Shown here in pieces: positions 51,773 through 59,490 of a stretch of 64,000 bases of DNA. The position numbers and the translations under genes are program-made. Under the pieces are notes generated by a model. The model made no database searches. It was not told the origin of the DNA and saw nothing but the letters and a program-made list of their open reading frames with translations. Source of the stretch: Nitrospirota bacterium (lineage in GTDB: Bacteria > Nitrospirota > UBA9217); NCBI GenBank assembly GCA_963740085.1, contig CAVUCU010000004.1, positions 706,011 to 770,010 on the forward strand, in the 5' to 3' direction. Every line of letters begins with the position of its first letter. The first letter of the stretch is position 1.

Positions 51773-52615
51773 TTACTGCAGCACCACGTAATCTGCGTCG
51801 TGGAGCGAAACTGAACCCCGCTCGATCTGTCCGGGGACCACAGGCAGAACAACTTTGTACGTAATGGATGACTGCCGGGCAACCTGTTCCGGAATGCCCC
51901 GCTTCCAGGCATGGCCCACTCCGGAGAGCACGATCATGGTTCTGCCGGGGTGCTTCTTGCGATATTCGATCAGCTTCCAGGCCATGCTCTTATCCCATAC
52001 CATCTGCGCCTCGCAGAAGTTCAGGAACCGCCTGTCTACCTGTCGCGAGTGGCCCGCATAAGCTTTTCTGATAAATTGCATGTACGTCGGGTCGATGTCG
52101 CAGCTGATCCCCGGTGGAAGTTTTTGTTTCTGCTCCGCCTTCAACGAAATAAAGCCGCTCTGTGCAACATCTTTGACGATATCATCCGGGATATTGAGCC
52201 CGACGAGCGGTATCCGATGCTCCCGCGCGAAGAGAAAGATGCGGCGGTATGCGGGCCAGGGCTGTTGCCAGTTATCATAGTACGTCGGCAGGAATTGCTC
52301 CAGGGTCGAAGAACCGCTTACCCATGAATTCAGGTCTTTTTGGCTATCGGACCTGAACATCTCCATGCCAATGGAGAGAGGCCTGCCCGATCCGCGAAAC
52401 GACCTGATGATCCTGAGTTCCAGGTCGTGGTGCGCCTGTTCATCATGTACTTCCCCGACGAAAACGACGTCGGCATTCCTGATCTCCCGGATCATGCCGT
52501 TGAAAGAAATAACGGCGCCGTCGCGTACGCGCAGGATATCGCCGGCGGCGCATACACGGGAGAAGCAGGCGAAGACCAGAATAGCGGTTGCCAGGATGAA
52601 AGTTCTTGATCTCAT
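51773..52615 (-). CDS. ChaN family (DUF399) heme/iron-associated exported protein
   Basis: Signal peptide, FVGEVHD...HH, GMEMF, AQ.VWD..MA, GVGH..RGIP. Confidence 0.8.
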   Translation of the reverse strand: MRSRTFILATAILVFACFSRVCAAGDILRVRDGAVISFNGMIREIRNADVVFVGEVHDEQAHHDLELRIIRSFRGSGRPLSIGMEMFRSDSQKDLNSWVSGSSTLEQFLPTYYDNWQQPWPAYRRIFLFAREHRIPLVGLNIPDDIVKDVAQSGFISLKAEQKQKLPPGISCDIDPTYMQFIRKAYAGHSRQVDRRFLNFCEAQMVWDKSMAWKLIEYRKKHPGRTMIVLSGVGHAWKRGIPEQVARQSSITYKVVLPVVPGQIERGSVSLHDADYVVLQ

Positions 52616-52749
52616 ATCATGATTTTTGCGCGAACTGCCGCCAAAGTCAAGGGCAACATGAAATATCATGTCATCGACCATCTTCTGCGCATTATTGATC
52701 AGAGGGCAAGGGGGTAGGTTGACAAGAGGAAATCACAGTTAGAAACAGC

Positions 52750-52819
52750 GTAACTATGATGTGCAGCATTGCTATGCGTGTCTCTCGCCTCAGAGCTACC
52801 CGGCGCAGGAAACGGCAGA
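52750..52819 (-). repeat. Truncated type A element (5' about 70 nt)
   Basis: rc = tctgccgtttcctgcgccgggtagctctgaggcgagagacacgcatagcaatgctgcacatcatagttac. Confidence 0.75.
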
Positions 52820-52820
52820 A

Positions 52821-53046
52821 TCAAAAAGCTTTACCCCGACCCCGCACGTCCCCGGAGCGGCCATTACACCCTGCACCCGAGGTTCCGCTCGTAATCCCTG
52901 CGCGCAGGCGATATTTTGGGCACCCGTCCTGGCCTAAGGAAGCGTCCCCTTGGGGCGAACGCGAAGTACTGCCTGCACCAGCGTTATCGCAAGAGCACGG
53001 TGTCTGAGGCCATAGGCCGGGTTTACGCGGGCGGGCGGTCCGCCCC
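52821..53046 (+). ncRNA. Putative structured element type C, head-to-head with A
   Basis: Shares ccctgcac..ctcgtaa..gcaggcg hairpin with A and hairpin-GGGCGA..AGT.CTGC core with A/B; 5' end recurs at 36524. Confidence 0.5.
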
Positions 53047-53130
53047 AATCTCCCCTCTGCAACTAATAGAAAACAGAAACTATGATATAATGTCTTTATC
53101 AATCATCCAGGTGCATAAAGGAGGCGTACG

Positions 53131-53280
53131 ATGGGAGACAAGGGCGGCAAGAAGAACAAAGATAAGAGCCAGAAGCAGAAAACAACGAAGCATTTGCATG
53201 AACTACAGCAAAAAAAGGACCATCAGACGACGAGCACGCTTGAGGTAAAAGGCGGCCTTTTAGGGTCAAGAGCATCGTAG
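53131..53280 (+). CDS. Small Lys-rich protein (49 aa, MGDKGGKK...) missed by the ORF track
   Basis: AAGGAGG RBS 6 nt before ATG; open to TAG at 53278-53280. Confidence 0.6.
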   Translation: MGDKGGKKNKDKSQKQKTTKHLHELQQKKDHQTTSTLEVKGGLLGSRAS

Positions 53281-53595
53281 GATCTGGAAATCGTCCGCGC
53301 CGGCCTCCAGACCCTTCAGCATCGATTCCCGGTCATGCAGTGCCGACACCATGATTATCGGGATGTTCGCCGTGTCCACTTTGGTCCTTATGTGACGGCA
53401 CACCTCGTATCCATCCATGAACGGCATCATGATGTCGAGGATGACGAGGTCGGGCCTTGTCTCCCTGCACCTCTTCACCCCCTCTTCGCCGTTCGAGGAT
53501 AAGATCGCTTCATATCCCAGGTCGCTCACCAACATGCTTATCAGCTCACGATTCACTTCCTCATCGTCCGCGATAAGGACCTTTTCCTTGGCCAT
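53266..53595 (-). pseudogene. Response regulator receiver domain, probably 3'-truncated
   Basis: LIADD...ILDIMMP.MDG...GADDF then QILRCS* instead of the conserved L.KP. Confidence 0.6.
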
Positions 53596-53687
53596 TGATC
53601 CGGTATAAGGCAACTTTCACGAATTACAGCAGAAGCAGGCTGATGACGGAAGGCACGAAAAAATAGACCTGTCCCCGGAATGTTCGT

Positions 53688-54491
53688 TTACGACCGCTTT
53701 GCCGGACGCCGTTTGCCTCTGGCGGCGGACGGCTTTCGCGAAGCGATCTTCATTTTCTTTTGCCCCTTCACCGGTCCCGGCGACTGCACGTCCAGGGGCT
53801 CCCCTTGCAGCCGTTTATAATAGAAGTTCTGTCCGTACAGCACACTGACCGGATTGTGGCCCGTCACCCGGTCCTTGACCACCAGGGTCGTGACCGGGGC
53901 ATCCGAGTGCCTGCTGAACAGCATATCGTGTCCCACGCAAAGCCCTACGATGATGTTCATGTCCGTTTGCGCCGTATTCAGGAGCCGCGCCTGGGCAATG
54001 GGGTTGCAGGCAGGTTCGAACGTACCCGGCCTCACTTTGTCCGCCTCCGTAATTCCCAGTTCAAGCTTGTCCTTGCTGCCGGCCTTGCAGCAGACCGAGA
54101 GGGGTTCGAAGCCCTGCGCGCGCAGGATCAGCGCCAGCCGGTTCGTTTCGTCAAGCAGGCCGATGCAGGTGGCTATCCCGATCCTCCGGTACTTCATCAG
54201 CTTCGCGAAAGCGATGGTATCCTCTACCCGCGTCCACCGCGCATTGATCGTGTCTTTGCCCGGCGTCGGCTGATAGCACATGCCTTCGACCTGCGCGGCC
54301 ACCCGGGCGATCTTCGCGTCCTCGCTCGAGCCCCGGTATTCATCGAAGGCATCGTTAATGAGCGGGAGGTGTTCCCGGGAGGGACAGTATCCGGGCTTGG
54401 CCGGAGCCTGCGCCTGATCGGCGCTCCAGCAATTTGTCTTTCCGAGTTTCTGCCACACGGCTCCGCAAAGACTGCAGTTGAATTTTGTCAT
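53688..54491 (-). CDS. DUF1847 family Cys-rich putative metal-binding protein
   Basis: TRVED, GIATCIGL, SVCCKAG, CNPIAQA, GLCVGHD, KDRVTGHNP. Confidence 0.85.
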   Translation of the reverse strand: MTKFNCSLCGAVWQKLGKTNCWSADQAQAPAKPGYCPSREHLPLINDAFDEYRGSSEDAKIARVAAQVEGMCYQPTPGKDTINARWTRVEDTIAFAKLMKYRRIGIATCIGLLDETNRLALILRAQGFEPLSVCCKAGSKDKLELGITEADKVRPGTFEPACNPIAQARLLNTAQTDMNIIVGLCVGHDMLFSRHSDAPVTTLVVKDRVTGHNPVSVLYGQNFYYKRLQGEPLDVQSPGPVKGQKKMKIASRKPSAARGKRRPAKRS

Positions 54492-54545
54492 GTAAAAACC
54501 TCTCTTTGTTATTTTGGTGTCAGTCCATTCCTCGCCCGGGACCGC

Positions 54546-54653
54546 TGATCGCTGGGTAATGCACATCCAGGTGAGCAGCTGTCTGCTGTTGAGTATAGCC
54601 GTATTTCTGAACTACATCAATGATCTTTTTGTCTCCAACAAGGGGAATGTCAA
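54546..54653 (-). mobile_element. Decayed fragment of a transposase-like C-terminal HTH (copy 2)
   Basis: Translates GDKKIIDVVQKYGYTQQQTAAHLDVHYPAIS; 54620-54653 recurs at 60825-60858. Confidence 0.55.
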
Positions 54654-54726
54654 GCCACCGGACCGTAAAGGCTTTGCGTTGATGCGATGATGTGTGGATG
54701 CGTAGATCCGGGAACCGTGAAAAACC

Positions 54727-54814
54727 CCACATTCACGCATTCACTCTTAAACGCTTGAACTTATAACACCCCGCATTCACGCTTCTACTCATACACGCCT
54801 GAACTTGCAACACC
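54727..54814. repeat. Tandem 2 x 44-nt imperfect repeat directly after the ychF stop
   Basis: 35/44 identity by manual alignment. Confidence 0.7.
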
Positions 54815-55900
54815 CTATACATTGAACCTGAAATTGATGATATCCCCGTCCTTTACTTCGTAGGTCTTTCCCTCGAGCTTGAAATGCCCTTTTTCCCGTG
54901 CCGCATGCGTACTACCGGCGGCGATAAAGTCATCATAGGAAACGACCTCAGCCCGGATAAAACCTCTCTCGATATCCGAATGGATCCTGCCTGCCGCCTG
55001 CTGCGCGTTCATGCCCTTTTCTATGGTCCAGGCCCTGACCTCGTCCTCACCGGAGGTCAAAAAAGAGATCAGCCCGAGCAGGTCATACGAAACACGGATC
55101 AGCTTGTTCAGCGCGGGTTCCTGAATCCCGAGGTCGTCAAGGAACACCTTCGCCTCCCCGGGAGAAAGCTGGGCTATCTCCATCTCGATCTTCCCGCACA
55201 TGCTGAGCACCTTCACCTGCCGTCCCTTGAAAAATGCCTGAAGATCAGAGACCGTCTTGCCTGTTGCTTCTGAATTCATTTCCTGTTCAGCAACGTTCAG
55301 CACAATGACCTCCGGCCTGATGGACATGAACTGCAGATGGCGCATGGCCTTCCGGTCCTCCCCGGAAAAATCCGCGTCCCGAAGCGGCTTCTCGGATTCC
55401 AAGACCTCCTTGCATTTCTGCAAAAGCTTTCGCTCGCCCTCATCAGGCTTCTTTCCCCTCTTCAGACCCAGTTCCATCCTCTCCAGCCTTTTCTCAACAA
55501 GTTCAAGATCGCCGAAGATCATCTCCAGCTCGATCGTCTGCGCATCTCTGAGCGGGTCAACGCTGCCGATCGGATGGGACACTGCTTCGTTCTCGAAAGC
55601 CCGCACCACGTGGACAATGGCGTCCACGTCCTTGACCAGGTCGAACACCTTCCTGTTCTGCTCCATGTCTCCCTTGGTCAGCCCGATATAATCGACATAC
55701 TCGACCGTTGCATAGGTGGTCTTCTTCGGCTTGTATATCTCCGAAAGCCTGTCGACCCTGATGTCCGGCACCTTCACCACGCCGTGATGAGGTTCCGCCG
55801 TCACGGTCGCATAGACCGTCGTCTCCAGATTCAGACCCGTCAGGGCATTAAATATCGTTGTCTTGCCTGAATTCGCAAGGCCGGTAATCGCCGTCTTCAT
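54815..55900 (-). CDS. ychF: YchF/Obg-family ATPase (DUF933/TGS C-terminus)
   Basis: GLANSGKT, VPD.R, EVRAWT, IHSDIERGFIRAEV, LEGK.Y.V.DGD..FRFNV. Confidence 0.88.
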   Translation of the reverse strand: MKTAITGLANSGKTTIFNALTGLNLETTVYATVTAEPHHGVVKVPDIRVDRLSEIYKPKKTTYATVEYVDYIGLTKGDMEQNRKVFDLVKDVDAIVHVVRAFENEAVSHPIGSVDPLRDAQTIELEMIFGDLELVEKRLERMELGLKRGKKPDEGERKLLQKCKEVLESEKPLRDADFSGEDRKAMRHLQFMSIRPEVIVLNVAEQEMNSEATGKTVSDLQAFFKGRQVKVLSMCGKIEMEIAQLSPGEAKVFLDDLGIQEPALNKLIRVSYDLLGLISFLTSGEDEVRAWTIEKGMNAQQAAGRIHSDIERGFIRAEVVSYDDFIAAGSTHAAREKGHFKLEGKTYEVKDGDIINFRFNV

Positions 55901-56183
55901 TTTATTCTCCTTCTTGATTAATCCCTGATGTCAGGATCCAACCACACCCTGCACTCGTTTATGGCCGCGTTTTTCGTTCTTTGCGGTGAACGCTTTGATA
56001 AGAAGGTGGTCCTTATAACAAATCGAATGATATATTTACCGCGGAGTCGCGGAGAATTATTGTTTCATAATAAAACCGGTTCTTCTGACTTTTCTGTGGG
56101 CCATTTAATTGCATGTATCGCTTTTTATTCTTCATGAACAATCTGTTTCCCGAATGTTATCTAAGTTGGCGCTTGTCCCAGGT

Positions 56184-56448
56184 GTGCATTGATTTTTTTG
56201 GGCAGCTCATCACTCGGCCACGCAGCATGCCGGGAAGAGGTACAGTATCTCCACCCTGATATGCAGGATTCGCATCACTCCACCCTCGCCCTTCAAAATG
56301 GGCTCGGCCGCCTGCACCCAGCGTTTACGAGTGCTACGTCGCGAGTGCAGGGCGTGTCTGCCTTGTCTTGTTCTGGCAACTATGATCAGTGCAGCATTGC
56401 TCTGCGTGTCTTTCGCGTCAGAGCTGCCCGGCGCAGGGGAACGGCAGA
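56184..56448 (-). ncRNA. Putative structured ncRNA/dispersed element, type A, full copy A3
   Basis: Reverse complement of A1/A2; compensatory CACGCA/TGCGTG versus CGCGCA/TGCGCG in A2. Confidence 0.65.
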
Positions 56449-56452
56449 ACTC

Positions 56453-56680
56453 TTTGCCTTTCCAGAAGCCCCTGCATTCCATGAACAGGTTCGCGCACAA
56501 GCATGCGCATGCTGACACGATCAAAAAAAGCACAAAGCCAGGCAGACACGTCCGAGCCCGTTCCCCCGGGCGAGGGGAAGTGCTGCGAGATGCTCGAAAG
56601 GCTTGTTATCAGTACCGGCAATCATGCCCTGCGCGAAGCTGTGAACTGGGGTGCAGAATAAAACAGGATCGTGACATGTG
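56453..56680 (+). ncRNA. Putative structured element type B, copy B1
   Basis: Repeat of 58754-58978; CTGCATTCCA(56472)/TGGGGTGCAG(56647) pairing; shares GGCAGACACG, CCGAGCC-hairpin-GGGCGAGGG, GTACC and CATGC..TGCGCG with A. Confidence 0.6.
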
Positions 56681-56774
56681 CTGAACCAGAAACAGATAAA
56701 AGCGACCCACACAAAACCCGGAAGACCGATAAAACTTTGAAGTATTGGTTTTAACAAACAAGAAAGTCAGCTTT

Positions 56775-56805
56775 TCTCTGCGTCCTCTGCGTTCTCTGCG
56801 GTGAA
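56775..56805. repeat. CTCTGCG 9-mer tandem REP-like repeat
   Basis: tctctgcgtcctctgcgttctctgcggtgaa; related motifs near 26819, 33500, 43430, 50681 and 56037. Confidence 0.55.
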
Positions 56806-56983
56806 TAACGATCACGCAGCTATTGTATTCTCAGTCGGATACATTTTCAACTTGAATTGTTCAATAGTCCGGCCGACGCCGTGGCGGCGTCAGCGGTGAG
56901 GAGAATCTGAAAGGATTCCCGTGGAGGGACCCCGGTTTTCGCTGCGCAAAGGATGCGACAACGTTCTCCTCAGGCGCCCTTGA

Positions 56984-57430
56984 TCATGCTGCTTTACGCT
57001 CCTCCGCCTGGAGAATATAGCTCCGGAAGTCTCTTTCAATATTTCTGATGAATCTCTCGCGACGCTCCGTATAATGGACCGTCTTGACCCTCATGTAAAT
57101 CCTGTAGTCGACGTAGAAGTACAGCTCGAAGCTGCCCGCCCCGAGCCCTGCCAGTAAAAAGTTGTTCTTGAGCCGCATCAATTCAGGCGTGACCCCAAAA
57201 TCCATAGTAAAAAGGGCGACGACGAACATTATCAGTGCAACAAGGATCACGTAAAAATTCCTGAAAAACCGCCTCTCCAGCTCAGAATACTCGACAGCTT
57301 CCACATGATCGAACATTTTGCCCGCTTTGGCCTTGAACGTTTCCCAATCACTTATCCGTGCGAGGTAAATAAGGGCCTTCCGGTAGTTTTCCACATCCTG
57401 ATTGAATTGTTTTTCCAGTCCCCTTTTCAT
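56984..57430 (-). CDS. Hypothetical membrane protein (2 TM)
   Basis: AAGGAGG RBS; 148 aa ORF. Confidence 0.7.
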   Translation of the reverse strand: MKRGLEKQFNQDVENYRKALIYLARISDWETFKAKAGKMFDHVEAVEYSELERRFFRNFYVILVALIMFVVALFTMDFGVTPELMRLKNNFLLAGLGAGSFELYFYVDYRIYMRVKTVHYTERRERFIRNIERDFRSYILQAEERKAA

Positions 57431-57759
57431 GCCGCACCTCCTTTCACAAAAACAATTCCTCCTCTCTCCGTTTTTTTCGGTTTGCCGCACTGCCGCTTTG
57501 CCGGCACACAAGATCTTTATGAGGCGTATGACGGCCTGGTCTCTATATAAAGTATAGCAACTATTCTGCCGTACCTCAACTTCGGGCGGGGCCGGAACGA
57601 GCCGGACCTTGCCAAGCGGATCTCTCACGGTAGTGACTGCGCAATGTATTCGATACAGGTCGAACGGGATGGAATGGCAGGACAGGAGCGGCAAAAAAAG
57701 AGAAGACTGCAGTAAAGACCTGATCCTGAGATGTTTTAATCAAGACACAAAACATGATC

Positions 57760-58608
57760 CTATAGGTTTCCTGAAGAGCTTCTTTCCAGGGCAGCCGGAA
57801 CGACAAGAACGATATCAGCAAGGCCTTTGCAAGCATCGTCAAACCCGGGCGTGTCCCTGCTGACCGAAGAGATGGTCCGGACCGCGATCTCCGGATCATA
57901 CTGTTTGAGATACCAGCAGATCCCACCGTAGTTCTTTGAATGATAATCACCGTTATAATGAAGGAACAGCTCCTTCGGACCGCGGTTCTTCAGGATAAAG
58001 TATGCCATGGTGGCGTCCTTGACCGCCTGTGCGGCGACGAAGTTCTGCGCGTCCATATGCGCGCCATGGGCCATGCCGATCTCCATGACCTTCCGGTACC
58101 CCGGGGCTGAAAGATCCAGCGGAATGGGAAGCGGAGCGATCGATCTCTTCGCCTCATCGGACAGACGTTCGAGCGCCTCCATTCCCTCCCGGGCCACGAG
58201 GCCGGCATAGCGCCTTGGGACATTGGTCGCGATGAACCGAAGTCCGTGCTCTTTGGCAACATCAACGAGCGGACGATAATCGCTGTCGTAATTGTCCCAG
58301 ACCCTGGCCTCCCGCGCCAGGTTCTCATGCTCGATGAGTCCCGCCAGATATTCATCCACGATCAGCTGGTTGTCCGCCTCCAGCATTTCCGCGCCCAGCA
58401 CCAGATCGCCCTTCTTGATCCCGACAAGGTCCCGCGTCAATTCCAGCTGCAGCCGGTGGACCAGCGGGTGATCGTGGATCTCGCCGAAGAGGATGACGTC
58501 GGCCCGGACGCAGCGGTCCAGCATTTCCCGGTACCGGATCTCCTTCCCTCCCCCGTCATAGAGGAGATACAACGGCTTGTTGTCCGGAATTGTCCTGCGA
58601 TGTCGCAT
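57760..58608 (-). CDS. ChaN family (DUF399) protein, no evident signal peptide
   Basis: LFGEIHD...H.LQ, GAEM.E, WDNY..DY.PL, ATNVPR, AQAVKDATMA, NGDYHS. Confidence 0.8.
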   Translation of the reverse strand: MRHRRTIPDNKPLYLLYDGGGKEIRYREMLDRCVRADVILFGEIHDHPLVHRLQLELTRDLVGIKKGDLVLGAEMLEADNQLIVDEYLAGLIEHENLAREARVWDNYDSDYRPLVDVAKEHGLRFIATNVPRRYAGLVAREGMEALERLSDEAKRSIAPLPIPLDLSAPGYRKVMEIGMAHGAHMDAQNFVAAQAVKDATMAYFILKNRGPKELFLHYNGDYHSKNYGGICWYLKQYDPEIAVRTISSVSRDTPGFDDACKGLADIVLVVPAALERSSSGNL

Positions 58609-58707
58609 ATCGACTTCTTCTCCTCACTCCGCTTACACAGGCTCGTGTTCCATAGCCATACTGCAAGGATAGCATATCCGGAAGAGATTCTCGGGATGTT
58701 CCGGCTC

Positions 58708-58749
58708 CGTGTCTCGCGTCAGAGCTGCCCGGCGCAGGGGTAAAGCAGA
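58708..58749 (-). repeat. Truncated type A element (5' about 42 nt)
   Basis: rc = tctgctttacccctgcgccgggcagctctgacgcgagacacg. Confidence 0.75.
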
Positions 58750-58753
58750 AATC

Positions 58754-58978
58754 TTTGCTTTTCCAGAAGCCCCTGCATCCCATGAACAGGTCCGCGCACA
58801 GCATGCCAATCTAGAAAAGACCGAAGATGCCACAAAGCCAGGCAAACACGACCGAGCCTGTTCCCCCGGGCGAGGGAAAGTGCTGCGATGATCGAAAGGC
58901 TTTGTTATCAGTACCGGCAATCATGCTCTGCGCGGTGTTGTGAACTGGGGTGCAGAAAATAAAAAGATCGTTACCTGT
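58754..58978 (+). ncRNA. Putative structured element type B, copy B2
   Basis: Repeat of B1 with compensatory changes (CCGCGCA/TGCGCGG versus TCGCGCA/TGCGCGA). Confidence 0.6.
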
Positions 58979-59062
58979 AATGAATTAGAAATAAAGACAT
59001 GGCAATTCAGTGCGTTGGCCAGGAGAAGATGAAGTGAAAGCTCAATCATAAATATAACGTTC

Positions 59063-59098
59063 AAAAATATGCTGGAGCATCAGGATCGATGCTCCAGC
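59063..59098 (-). terminator. Rho-independent terminator
   Basis: gctggagcatc-N6-gatgctccagc stem followed by atattttt on the minus strand. Confidence 0.65.
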
Positions 59099-59109
59099 GA
59101 AATCGAATG

Positions 59110-59490
59110 CTACCGTCGTGAACCTCTCATGCCGTTGCCCATTCCGCCGCCCATGCTGCCGGCACCCGTACCCATACGCTCACGGATCTGGTCGCGGTCC
59201 CGGAGCTGATCAGGAACACCGTCCCCGGTACCGTCTTTCAGCCGGTCACGGTCCCGCGTCTTGTCCAGAGCCTGATCCGCGGTATAGGTGCCGGTCCCGT
59301 CTTTCAGCTTGTCATGGTCTCTGACATGATCCGGGACACCATCGCCGGTATCGTCCCTCAACTGGTCCCGCGTCTGGTCCAGGGCTATGACCGGATATCC
59401 GGCAGCCTTTTCTTTCGCCGGCGCAAGCCCTGCAATGCCGAAAAACATGAAGCTTGCTGCTATGAGTACAGCAATCTGTCTCGTAAACAT
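59110..59490 (-). CDS. Small exported repeat protein (DQTRD.L.DGTGDGVPD repeats, Gly/Met tail)
   Basis: GGAGGA RBS, signal peptide, internal repeats, downstream terminator. Confidence 0.7.
   Translation of the reverse strand: MFTRQIAVLIAASFMFFGIAGLAPAKEKAAGYPVIALDQTRDQLRDDTGDGVPDHVRDHDKLKDGTGTYTADQALDKTRDRDRLKDGTGDGVPDQLRDRDQIRERMGTGAGSMGGGMGNGMRGSRR

Noticed and set aside
55943-55957. 15-nt match (cacaccctgcactcg) to the A/C hairpin strand
   Set aside because: Too short and the partner strand is missing; may be chance
56184-56680. Group I/II intron, RNase P, SRP, tmRNA, hammerhead or HEARO/omega RNA
   Set aside because: No GUGCG/domain V, P7 GACUA/UAGUC, GAGGAAAGUCC, SRP loop or CUGANGA+GAAA core, and no adjacent IscB/TnpB; needs cmscan to be conclusive
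26865-58978. CRISPR or TIGR-like array interpretation of the repeats
   Set aside because: Copies are dispersed, not tandem with spacers; no cas, Nop-domain or IS110 gene in the window
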